DNA from: a virus
Taxonomy: Duplodnaviria; Caudoviricetes
IMG/VR virus record: IMGVR_UViG_3300028735_000004
Coordinates: 160,001 to 224,000 of that record
Direction: 5' to 3' (one strand)
DNA: 64,000 bases
Part shown: piece after piece, positions 55,715 through 64,000 of the stretch
How the letters are laid out: every line of letters begins with the position of its first letter
Numbering within the stretch: position 1 is the first letter of the stretch
Notes under the pieces: generated by a model
Seen by the model: only the letters and a program-made list of their open reading frames with translations
Told to the model about the DNA's origin: nothing
Database searches by the model: none
Position numbers and translations under genes: made by a program

Positions 55715-56278
55715 TTAATTTCTTTTTACAATAACAGTATTTAACTTTAAATCTTCATCTTTTTCTGATACAGAAATATTTTGAGATACTTCTATTTTAT
55801 TTTTAGAACTATCTATCTTAGATATCAAAACATTATAAGATCCAACCGGCAAATGAGCTTGCCATTTACCAACAGCATTTGTTTTTGTTTTAAGTATTTC
55901 ATTATTATTTTCATCAGTAATCAAAACATCTGCCATAAATAAATCTCTACCTTTATCATCAGTTATTCTTTGAGATATTGGAACTTTTTTACCAGAGGCA
56001 GTTTTCTTCTCTTGAGTAACAACTGCGGATGGTTTTGTATTTATTATTGGGGAATTACTTATATTAATTGGATTTTGACTAAATTCTTGGACTACTTGTT
56101 TATTTTTAACCTCTACTGGATTTTTTTCTAAAATTTTAGAAATTTTATTTATTTTATCTAAAATTAATTTAGTATTAAAATCATATAAACTTATTATCTT
56201 TAATAAAGAATTAACTTTCTCTTCTAAAGATAAAAGAATTTCCGTTGCTTTTCTTTCTTGATTTTCTTGATCTGACAT
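55715..56278 (-). CDS. Hypothetical protein with C-terminal prealbumin/Ig-like domain
   Basis: ADVLITD..TKTNAVGKW..LPVGSYNVLISK. Confidence 0.6.
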   Translation of the reverse strand: MSDQENQERKATEILLSLEEKVNSLLKIISLYDFNTKLILDKINKISKILEKNPVEVKNKQVVQEFSQNPINISNSPIINTKPSAVVTQEKKTASGKKVPISQRITDDKGRDLFMADVLITDENNNEILKTKTNAVGKWQAHLPVGSYNVLISKIDSSKNKIEVSQNISVSEKDEDLKLNTVIVKRN

Positions 56279-56280
56279 TT

Positions 56281-56724
56281 TTACTCTAATACAATATCAT
56301 ATCTAATATCTATTTGTTTTAAAACAACTATTTCATTTGCGAAAATCTTGTATTTCAAATTTTCTATATATTTTAGAGAATTTAATACTTCTTGTTTAGA
56401 TCCGCTTGTTATTATTTTACCACAATCTAATAATATATATAATGGATCTTTTGATTTATTTTCCTGTTTAAATGCGGCTACAGAAAAATTTGCATTCTTA
56501 TCATTATCTATAGATCCATTATTTATAATAACATTATTATGTTTAAGATCTTCTGGAAGATCTTCATATAATGGATCTTGTGCAAAATTAGGATTAACCT
56601 CAAAAATTGGATCTGGCTCTATACCCATCTCTAAATGAGCGGGAGGAGCATAATTAAATACCTTTTTGCCTCGATTTGGATTTTTAATTATTTCATCTGA
56701 CATTTGGATCTTTTTCACTTTCAA
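56281..56724 (-). CDS. Hypothetical protein
   Basis: 147-aa ORF; alternative ATG at 56703. Confidence 0.6.
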   Translation of the reverse strand: MKVKKIQMSDEIIKNPNRGKKVFNYAPPAHLEMGIEPDPIFEVNPNFAQDPLYEDLPEDLKHNNVIINNGSIDNDKNANFSVAAFKQENKSKDPLYILLDCGKIITSGSKQEVLNSLKYIENLKYKIFANEIVVLKQIDIRYDIVLE

Positions 56725-56980
56725 ATTTTGATTCTAATTCCATTATTCGTTTTCTATTTTCATTTAGTTTTCTTCTTTTTTTATCAGAAGGTTTTTCATA
56801 ATGTTGTTTTTCTTTATAAATAGAAAGAACTCTTTCTTTTTGAACAATTGCTTTAAAAATCTTAAAAGCTTTATCAAAATTACCGTCATATACTTCTACT
56901 TGAAGTGGGGAAAATTTTAATTCATCATAGCCTTTTAAAGAGATGCTTGAAATTGTTGGTGTTTTTTTATTTTTTCTCAT
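56693..56980 (-). CDS. rpsU: Ribosomal protein bS21
   Basis: VEVYDGNFDKAFKIFKAIVQKERVLSIYKEKQHYEKPSDKKRRK matches the bS21 pattern (V...AL..FKR......YEKPS.KR); GAGG SD. Confidence 0.8.
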   Translation of the reverse strand: MRKNKKTPTISSISLKGYDELKFSPLQVEVYDGNFDKAFKIFKAIVQKERVLSIYKEKQHYEKPSDKKRRKLNENRKRIMELESKFESEKDPNVR

Positions 56981-57033
56981 ATAAATACCTCTGTTAAGAA
57001 TATAACTGCCTTTATAGTAAAATATTTTTTTAT

Positions 57034-58815
57034 TTAGTGATTTAATTCTTCTTTTTCAGAACATTCAATAATATTTCGACAAGATGGGTAATTACTGCAT
57101 CCAAAGAACAATTGACCATATCTTGACATTTTCTTTGCCATTGGAGATCCACATTCATTACACATAAGAGCTCCATTTTTTTCATAAGCTTTATTTAGTT
57201 GTTTTTTAAATGGTAAATAAAAATTATTTAATACAGATAGATAATTACTTTTACCTTCTTCTATTTTATCTAATTCTTTTTCCATATTTGCGGTAAATTT
57301 ATAATCCATAAAAATAAAATTATCAACCAAAGTTCTAGTAATTCTTTCACCCAATTCAGTTAAATAAAAAGTATTACCTCTTTTCTCTACATAATTTCTA
57401 TTTTGAATTTTTTTCAAAATATCAGCGTAGGTAGCTGGACGACCAATATGTTTTTTATCTAACTCTTTAATTAAAGATGCTTCCGTAAATCTTGGCGGAG
57501 GTTGAGTGAATTTTTGTTCATAAGTTATTGGATTTTTGTCTGATAAAATAATTTTTTCACCCTCTTGTAAAGATGGTATTTCTATCTTTAAATCTTCATT
57601 TGCTGAAAATAATGCCAAATAACCCTTTTCTGATAAAGATTTGCCTGAACACTTAAATACTAAATCTTTATCGTCAAAATGAGATATTTTAACTTCAAGA
57701 GTATCCCATACAGCATCATTCATTTGACTAGCTACAAAAAATCTCCAAATTACTTCATATAATTTTTTTTCATCATCACCTAATAAAATTTGAGAAGATT
57801 TTACAGAAACATCAGTTGGTCTAATACATTCGTGAGCATTTTGTGCGGCATTATTACTTTTATACAAATTTGGCTTTTTGGGAATAGGTATATTTTTACT
57901 ACTTAAATAATCTCTTACACTATTTAAAGCTTCATCTGATATGTTTGTTGAATCAGTTCTAATATATGTGCAATATCCATATTCGTATAGTGTTTGGGCT
58001 AATGACATGGTATAATCGGCACTAAAACCAAATTTAGATGACATAACTTGTTGCATTTTAGATGTAATTAATGGTGGTTGAGGTTTTTCTTTTTTTACTT
58101 TAGATAAAACCTTAATTACTTTGAAATTATTATTTTTTAAGCAAAAGTCTTTAATACCATCTGCTTCTGCTTTATTTTTGATCTTTTTTTCTAATTTTGC
58201 AGTAAAAACATTATTATCTTTAGATAAAGATATGATAAAATTCCAATATTCTTCTGGAGTAAAATTTTTAATTTCACTCTCTCTATCAGCAATCATTCTG
58301 ATAACAACACTCTGAACTCTACCTGCGCTTAATTTAGAATTATATGTATTAATTAAAAATGGCGAAACTGTAAAACCCACTATTCTATCCAGTGCTCTTC
58401 TTGCCTGTTGAGCGGCAACTACATTCATATCAACATCTCTTGGATTAGAAATGGCATTTTCTATACCTTTCTTTGTAATCTCTGATGAAACAATTCTTTT
58501 TATAGGTTTTCCTGTCGATAATAATATTTCTTTGAGATGATAAGAAATAGCTTCTCCTTCTCTATCTAAGTCTGAGAATAAATATATTTCATCACATCTC
58601 TCTGACGCTGTTATTAAATCATCAATAACATTAATTTTATCTGGTATTAAAGCGTAATTCAATTTAAAATTATTATTAATATCTATACCCATTTTATTTT
58701 TATGAGATAAATCTCTAATATGACCATAACTTGATTTAACTATGTAATCATTTCCAAGATATTCTTGTATCTTTTTTGCTTTTGTTGGCGATTCCACAAT
58801 AATTAATTTTTTCAT
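57034..58815 (-). CDS. topA: DNA topoisomerase I (type IA)
   Basis: LIIVESPTK, DLDREGE, SAGRVQS, TYIRTD active-site Tyr, GIGRP-like HIGRPATY, C-terminal Zn ribbon. Confidence 0.95.
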   Translation of the reverse strand: MKKLIIVESPTKAKKIQEYLGNDYIVKSSYGHIRDLSHKNKMGIDINNNFKLNYALIPDKINVIDDLITASERCDEIYLFSDLDREGEAISYHLKEILLSTGKPIKRIVSSEITKKGIENAISNPRDVDMNVVAAQQARRALDRIVGFTVSPFLINTYNSKLSAGRVQSVVIRMIADRESEIKNFTPEEYWNFIISLSKDNNVFTAKLEKKIKNKAEADGIKDFCLKNNNFKVIKVLSKVKKEKPQPPLITSKMQQVMSSKFGFSADYTMSLAQTLYEYGYCTYIRTDSTNISDEALNSVRDYLSSKNIPIPKKPNLYKSNNAAQNAHECIRPTDVSVKSSQILLGDDEKKLYEVIWRFFVASQMNDAVWDTLEVKISHFDDKDLVFKCSGKSLSEKGYLALFSANEDLKIEIPSLQEGEKIILSDKNPITYEQKFTQPPPRFTEASLIKELDKKHIGRPATYADILKKIQNRNYVEKRGNTFYLTELGERITRTLVDNFIFMDYKFTANMEKELDKIEEGKSNYLSVLNNFYLPFKKQLNKAYEKNGALMCNECGSPMAKKMSRYGQLFFGCSNYPSCRNIIECSEKEELNH

Positions 58816-58852
58816 TTTTACCTTAAATATGCTAATTTTAATTTATTTTAAT

Positions 58853-59236
58853 ATGATGTTTATAGATTTTTTGGACACAAGTCTAAAACAATTGAAATGT
58901 AATCAACTAACAAAATCATACATTATAAATGTATTAAATAAATACCAAAAGCAGCATAATGATTTGTCTAACGATAGTATAACCATACTATATCAGAAAG
59001 CAACAGAAGATAATAACTTTGTTTTATTTCAAAATATAGCAGATTGGATCTTTTTTATTGAAAGTATTTTTCCAGATTTTCATAAAGATTATAAATCATA
59101 CGCTCAAACTATAGGACAATTATCGTATTACAAATGTTATAAACTTATAAATAAACAAATATATGTATATGAGAATATGGCAGATGAATTTAAAACATTA
59201 ACAAGACAAATTAATTTTCTCATTCATAATAATTAA
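58853..59236 (+). CDS. Hypothetical protein, divergent from topA
   Basis: FQNIADWIFF..IFP..Y..IGQLSY..F pattern; likely start ATG 58853. Confidence 0.6.
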   Translation: MMFIDFLDTSLKQLKCNQLTKSYIINVLNKYQKQHNDLSNDSITILYQKATEDNNFVLFQNIADWIFFIESIFPDFHKDYKSYAQTIGQLSYYKCYKLINKQIYVYENMADEFKTLTRQINFLIHNN

Positions 59237-60005
59237 AATTATATTTATAAATATTATTCTTTCCGCTTTTGATTGAACAAGCACTCATAGAATTTAACTC
59301 AAATAAAAATAATCTTTTAGGAGCTCCCCCTCCTAACATAAAATATTTAGAATAGATAAATGGTTTTTTAGATTTATAGTTGTGTGCACCTACATATATA
59401 TATTTATTATTCTGAAGGGGTTTTTCGCCTCGTTTTAAGAGCGTTTTCACATATCTTGAACCGCTATAATCAAAAATAAAATTATTAATATCATTTTCAT
59501 TTATATCTTTTAGGGGATTAAAACTACCATGAAAAAATAAATAATTATCTATATTTACAACATTAGATAAATTAGATAAAAAATCAATATGATTTGATGG
59601 CATTATATTTAATAATCTATTTTTTGATAATGAATAGGGATTCTCTAACAAATTTATACTATTTAAATATGATTTTACCGTTTCAGATCCTATTGAATTT
59701 ACCCAATCAATATAATCATCATTTCGATCAGAAAGAATTGATCTTAAAAACATTTCTTCGTGATTGCCTTTTAAGAAAAAGGTTCTATCAGGATATTCTG
59801 ATTTAATATTAAATAATATATCTATTACTTTATTAGAAGATGGTCCTACATCAATATAATCTCCCATAAAAACTATAATGTCTTCTTGATTTTTAAATTT
59901 TCTAAGCGGTAGAATTCTATCTAACATTATAGATAAACTATCTGCATTTCCGTGTATTTCGGAAACTACATATAAACATTTATGTGTTGGTCTCCATTTT
60001 CTCAT
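59220..60005 (-). CDS. Calcineurin-like metallophosphoesterase (PPP/lambda-phosphatase-like)
   Basis: SEIHG, GDYID, GNHE, HG. Confidence 0.85.
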   Translation of the reverse strand: MRKWRPTHKCLYVVSEIHGNADSLSIMLDRILPLRKFKNQEDIIVFMGDYIDVGPSSNKVIDILFNIKSEYPDRTFFLKGNHEEMFLRSILSDRNDDYIDWVNSIGSETVKSYLNSINLLENPYSLSKNRLLNIMPSNHIDFLSNLSNVVNIDNYLFFHGSFNPLKDINENDINNFIFDYSGSRYVKTLLKRGEKPLQNNKYIYVGAHNYKSKKPFIYSKYFMLGGGAPKRLFLFELNSMSACSIKSGKNNIYKYNFNYYE

Positions 60006-61060
60006 TTCTTTAAATATTCTATATTTGTAGATTGATTGGTAAATGCTGTCTGAAATCTAACAAAATTAAAAATATAATTTTTTATAATTGCATCTCCATA
60101 CCCATATAAACATTCTGCGCCAACGGCATCTAATATTACTTTAGAGTCAGTATGAGATGCTACTTTACAAGCTATTCTTGCTGGAAAATTTGCTTTTATT
60201 GCTCCATTTAATATATCAGCAGATGGTCTTTGAGTAGCGACGACTAAATGTATTCCTGCTGCTCTGGATTTTTGAGCTAATTTTGTTATTTTTTTCTGCA
60301 ATTCTTTACTATCATCGTGTAAAATTAAATCAGCAAATTCATCTATTACAAGTAATATATGTGGAACATAAGGTTTTTGTTGTTTAAAATAAGAAGATGG
60401 TAATTTTTTCTTTGCTAAAAAATCATATCTTCTTTCCATAGTAGATATTAAATAATCAAATAATTCTAAACTATCTTCATATGATGATATTACTTCAATA
60501 TTTTTAAAAACTCCATATTCATTAAATTCAATATTTTTAGTATCAATTAAAAATAATTTATTATCATTTATAATTGAATTGGCTATTATGTTATGTAGGA
60601 GAGTGCTCTTACCCGATCCGGTTGTTCCAGCAATTAATAAATGCGGATTTTCAGCCATATCCATCCATATTTTTTGACCATCAGTAGCATCACCTAAATA
60701 CATAGGCATCGTATAATCTGGTATTTTCTGATCTATAATTTCATCAAAAAATAATATTTTTGAAGGATCATTGTCCATTAACTCTAATCTAACTAAGCCT
60801 TGTTCAGAACAAATTTTAATTAAAGGTTTATTTTTTGTTTTTAAATAAATAGAAATTTCATTAATATATTTTTGAATATCTTTGATTCTTGATCCTGGTA
60901 AAAGATTCAAATCATATATAGAAAAATTTCTAATTTTTTGATAGTTGGTGCAATTTGCATTTATATTTAAAGCATCTAAAATGTGATTTAATTTAACTAT
61001 TTTTTGTTGTCCGGATTCAATCATACCATACAATGTAATGACGGCACCTACATCCGGCAA
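60002..61060 (-). CDS. FtsK/SpoIIIE-family ATPase (minimal)
   Basis: PHLLIAGTTGSGKS, LLVIDEFAD, AQKSRAAGIHLVVATQRPS, ANFPARI. Confidence 0.9.
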   Translation of the reverse strand: MPDVGAVITLYGMIESGQQKIVKLNHILDALNINANCTNYQKIRNFSIYDLNLLPGSRIKDIQKYINEISIYLKTKNKPLIKICSEQGLVRLELMDNDPSKILFFDEIIDQKIPDYTMPMYLGDATDGQKIWMDMAENPHLLIAGTTGSGKSTLLHNIIANSIINDNKLFLIDTKNIEFNEYGVFKNIEVISSYEDSLELFDYLISTMERRYDFLAKKKLPSSYFKQQKPYVPHILLVIDEFADLILHDDSKELQKKITKLAQKSRAAGIHLVVATQRPSADILNGAIKANFPARIACKVASHTDSKVILDAVGAECLYGYGDAIIKNYIFNFVRFQTAFTNQSTNIEYLKK

Positions 61061-61091
61061 GGCAGCAATATTAACTACTTACAAGAATATA

Positions 61092-61448
61092 TTATTTTAA
61101 TATGATTTCATCACCAATGGAAATGCAATGTGTTTTACAAAAACCATATGGAGCTTCAACTATTAAATCGGTGGGATGGTTTGGTCCAATAGCCTCTTCT
61201 GAATGAGGCTCTCCTTTTTTAATATCTATTACTTTACCTTTATAACAAAAAATCATATCTATTGGTAAAGAACAATTTTTCATCCAAAATTTATTATATC
61301 TTGGAGAAGAAAAAACAAAAGACATTATGGGAACCGGATCCATAAACATAACGCCTTTTTGTTTTTCTTCTTCAGTTAAAGCAAGAAGTGTATTAAATGC
61401 CTTGGTTCCTAATAAAATAATACCATTCTTCATAGCAAAATTATTCAT
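61092..61448 (-). CDS. DUF192-family protein
   Basis: KGVMF..MSFVF..FWMKN..PIDMIF..VEAPYG. Confidence 0.8.
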   Translation of the reverse strand: MNNFAMKNGIILLGTKAFNTLLALTEEEKQKGVMFMDPVPIMSFVFSSPRYNKFWMKNCSLPIDMIFCYKGKVIDIKKGEPHSEEAIGPNHPTDLIVEAPYGFCKTHCISIGDEIILK

Positions 61449-62775
61449 CTATATAAAATCTATCCATATCTCTTCTAATAGATTTGAATAAACTCATATC
61501 TGTTAAATCTCTTTTATCTTTTTTATCTTTATGTTTTTTCTTACTTTCTTTTTCTTTTTCTTTCAAATAATAATCTTTATAGACATTAATTAATATATTA
61601 ATTGGTTTTTTAACCTCAGATAAATTATGATTTATTTTATTAACTAACTCAGATATTTTTGATAAATCTGATTTTTCTTCTAATTCATCCATTAAAATAT
61701 TAAGATCTTTTTTAATTGTTTCAAGCTGATTATGCGCATCTAATCTGGCCGCAGAAGTTGATTCAAAAGGAGTTAGTTGGTGTAAATTTTTTAAAATCCA
61801 TCTGGTTAAAACATTCCCTGATTTTTTAACTAAATAAAATTCTAAACCTAAATCAGATTTTGATAATAAAGCTTGGCTTACATCATCAGAAATATCTTCT
61901 AAACTCAATTGTTCTGATACTTCTATATCATATTTTTCTTTTACAAAAGATCTGACTTTTTTAAGTATAGATTCATATTCATTATAAATTGCTTCAGTTA
62001 ATATTTGTTTTTTAATATCGTCATTCTCTTTGCTATAATTTTTAAATAAATTATTAATATTAGATAAAATTGATGTTGGAAGACCTATTTCGATTATATT
62101 ACCTAAATCTTTTTTTATCTCATTAATATCAAGATTATGATCATTATCTTTAGATTCTACTTCATTTACTTTGAGTTTAGATAATTCTTGATTTTTATAT
62201 AGTCGCAAAAATCTATTAAAAGTTATTTTTAATGAATCAAAACTATATATTACCGACATATATAGATCCATCACTTCAGATATATTTTTATATGATCTTG
62301 ATAAAATTACATCTTCTAATTTAGATATTTTATGATATACATCAGTAGCACTCTTTAATAATGACAATCTATAATGTTTGCCTTGTTCTCCGGAAAAAAC
62401 AGAAGATATATATGTCCAAAATCTTGAAACTTTAGATGAAGCTTGTTTAATTGGTTTTTTTCTACTAACAGAATATTCTGATTGTTCCTTAATAATATCT
62501 GAACTTTTTTGAACTAAATTTTCAAAATCAGAAGAAAGTAAAACTAAAAAAGAAGATACTTCCTGAGGTAATGGATTTTTGATATTAGAAACTGGTAAAT
62601 TAAATTTCGGATCCCCTCTTCCATTAAGGGCTCTTTTAAATGCTATTAATTTTGCGATAAATTGACTTGCTAATTTGTTCCAATTATCTTTATTTATCCT
62701 TAACTGTTCCTGTTTTGGATCTGAGGATTTTTTTCTTGCAGTAATAATTTTGTCCATATCATAATAATACCACAT
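61441..62775 (-). CDS. Hypothetical helical protein with an internal repeat
   Basis: KQASSKVSRFW..RL and KKSGNVLTRW..RL segments. Confidence 0.7.
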   Translation of the reverse strand: MWYYYDMDKIITARKKSSDPKQEQLRINKDNWNKLASQFIAKLIAFKRALNGRGDPKFNLPVSNIKNPLPQEVSSFLVLLSSDFENLVQKSSDIIKEQSEYSVSRKKPIKQASSKVSRFWTYISSVFSGEQGKHYRLSLLKSATDVYHKISKLEDVILSRSYKNISEVMDLYMSVIYSFDSLKITFNRFLRLYKNQELSKLKVNEVESKDNDHNLDINEIKKDLGNIIEIGLPTSILSNINNLFKNYSKENDDIKKQILTEAIYNEYESILKKVRSFVKEKYDIEVSEQLSLEDISDDVSQALLSKSDLGLEFYLVKKSGNVLTRWILKNLHQLTPFESTSAARLDAHNQLETIKKDLNILMDELEEKSDLSKISELVNKINHNLSEVKKPINILINVYKDYYLKEKEKESKKKHKDKKDKRDLTDMSLFKSIRRDMDRFYIDE

Positions 62776-62777
62776 TA

Positions 62778-63395
62778 TTAGATAATTTTATCTATAATAC
62801 CATATTTTAAACAATCTTTAGCATCTAAAAACAAATCCCTTTCACAATCTTTTTTAATTTTAGATACTGATTTGCCAGTGTGTTTTGCCAAAATTTTAAT
62901 AATTTTTTCATTATATTTATATAAATATTTTAAATATTTATCAGAATATTCAATATCTGCAAACGGAGTGTTTGGAAAAGATGATTGTATCCCGTGTATC
63001 ATAACTAAAGAATTTTTAGTCATAAATCTTTTACCACTTGCTCCAGAAGCCAAAATAACAGCACCTGCAGAATATGCTTTTCCTATACAAATTGTATTAA
63101 CCGGCGCAGTAATCATATGCATTATATCATAAATATTAAATAATGCCGGAACATCTCCACCAACAGTATTTATAAATAAAGTAATATCATCAGATGGGCT
63201 TGTTAAATTGTGATAAATTAACATAGATGTCAAAGAAGATGCCGTTTCATCTAAAGTAATTTCTTCTGATAAAAATAATACTCTATCAGATGCTAAATGA
63301 GCATATACCGGAGATATATTATCGTTTTGGTTTTTTTGCTGATTTTGACTTTTGTTTAGATTTGGTTTTTGTGGTTCTTTTTTTTCTGACTGCAT
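62778..63395 (-). CDS. clpP: ClpP protease, catalytic triad intact
   Basis: INTVGG, AYSAG (Ser), MIH (His), ERDLF (Asp). Likely start ATG 63395. Confidence 0.9.
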   Translation of the reverse strand: MQSEKKEPQKPNLNKSQNQQKNQNDNISPVYAHLASDRVLFLSEEITLDETASSLTSMLIYHNLTSPSDDITLFINTVGGDVPALFNIYDIMHMITAPVNTICIGKAYSAGAVILASGASGKRFMTKNSLVMIHGIQSSFPNTPFADIEYSDKYLKYLYKYNEKIIKILAKHTGKSVSKIKKDCERDLFLDAKDCLKYGIIDKII

Positions 63396-63966
63396 TATTT
63401 TTTTCCAAAGTAATAATATGATCAATTAAATTATATCTTTTAGATTCCAATGGAACCAAAAATAAAGTGTTAGATGTATCTTTAACTAAAACTGACTCAG
63501 ATATTCCGGTTGATTCAGATAAGGCTTTTACAAATATAGAATGTTCTTTTTTAAATAAATCATTTGATATTTTAGCATTAGATAAATCCGAATACATTAT
63601 GTCATTTACTTTTAATGATGATATCGCTAATATAGAATTAGGGGTACAATATCTCATACCTTTTGTGCCGGCTGCAAGCAATAAAATACTTTCGTGCATC
63701 GCAACTCCAACGCATATTGTTTCAATTGGAGATTGTAATAAATTCATAGCATCATAAATCATCATAATGCTTCGTATATCTCCACCATCAGAATTAATAA
63801 ATAATGTTATTTTTTCCTGATTGATTTTATCCAAAAAAAATAATGTTGCTACTATATCAGAAGCAACATTATCATTAATAAAACCGTGAGCAAAGATTAC
63901 TCGTCTTTGCATTAAATTTTCATAAACATCAATTATATTACCATCATTCAATATTAGTGTATTCAT
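63319..63966 (-). CDS. ClpP paralogue lacking catalytic residues (ClpR-like)
   Basis: INSDGG is conserved, but AMHES replaces the Ser motif, LAISS replaces MIH and SNTLF replaces RDxF. Confidence 0.8.
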   Translation of the reverse strand: MNTLILNDGNIIDVYENLMQRRVIFAHGFINDNVASDIVATLFFLDKINQEKITLFINSDGGDIRSIMMIYDAMNLLQSPIETICVGVAMHESILLLAAGTKGMRYCTPNSILAISSLKVNDIMYSDLSNAKISNDLFKKEHSIFVKALSESTGISESVLVKDTSNTLFLVPLESKRYNLIDHIITLEKNNAVRKKRTTKTKSKQKSKSAKKPKR

Positions 63967-64000
63967 TCAATATAGATATATCATCTTATTGATGATTTAT

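Noticed and set aside
1475-63757. Numerous short plus-strand ORFs (e.g. 1475, 4406, 6255, 11488, 12838-14586, 18102, 21287, 56348, 62872, 63467) and nested minus ORFs (1822, 47915)
   Set aside because: They lie wholly within longer motif-bearing genes, lack SDs and show antisense-codon composition.
1-64000. CRISPR array or cas operon
   Set aside because: No regularly spaced direct repeats seen. The Cas4-like nuclease at 47049..47864 has no cas1/cas2 neighbours and is a common phage exonuclease.
1-64000. tRNA/tmRNA/rRNA genes
   Set aside because: No cloverleaf or T-loop (GTTCRA) signatures noticed in the intergenic gaps by eye; tRNAscan/Aragorn would confirm.
1-64000. Alternative genetic code (stop-codon reassignment)
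   Set aside because: Conserved genes (dnaE, topA, terminase, portal) are full length under code 11 and coding density is high.
1-64000. Eukaryotic giant virus or bacterial chromosome origin
   Set aside because: The DUF723-repeat nuclease and chaperones could suggest these, but terminase-portal-protease-capsid synteny, SD sites and operonic overlaps indicate a tailed bacteriophage.
1-64000. Diversity-generating retroelement, retron or phage-nucleus/tubulin system
   Set aside because: No reverse transcriptase, TR/VR pair, PhuZ or chimallin-like ORF recognised in this window.

Overview
This window is a strongly AT-rich, gene-dense segment of a large (jumbo-type) tailed dsDNA phage genome. It uses the standard genetic code and nearly all genes lie on the minus strand. 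In transcription order (right to left) there are two modules. (1) About 64000-32800 is a replication, recombination and host-takeover module: a ClpP pair, FtsK-like ATPase, TopA, ribosomal bS21, SbcCD/gp46-47, trigger factor, intein-split DnaE, RecA with a UvsY-like partner, gp32-like SSB, RuvC, DnaJ, a DnaG primase split into two genes, and a stand-alone sigma-region-4-like HTH at the module boundary. (2) About 32750-1 is a head-morphogenesis module: large terminase, portal, a 1120-aa prohead protease-scaffold fusion, two paralogous decoration-like proteins, many unknown proteins, and the N-terminus of the major capsid protein at the left edge (missing from the ORF track). The most novel signal is a set of short protein-level modules shared across otherwise unrelated head-module proteins: a helical-hairpin motif, an EAHP module, K-x-A(Q) putative maturation sites and an MFIKxG N-terminus. 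These suggest an undescribed capsid-cargo addressing and maturation system. Its cargo may include a nucleotidyltransferase with an altered templating motif, a Cys-based phosphatase and membrane-active ejection proteins. Also notable are an active/inactive ClpP pair, a 6S-like structured RNA candidate and a candidate phage-specific late promoter. All assignments come from motif recognition by eye; no database searches were run. I found no tRNA genes or CRISPR array.
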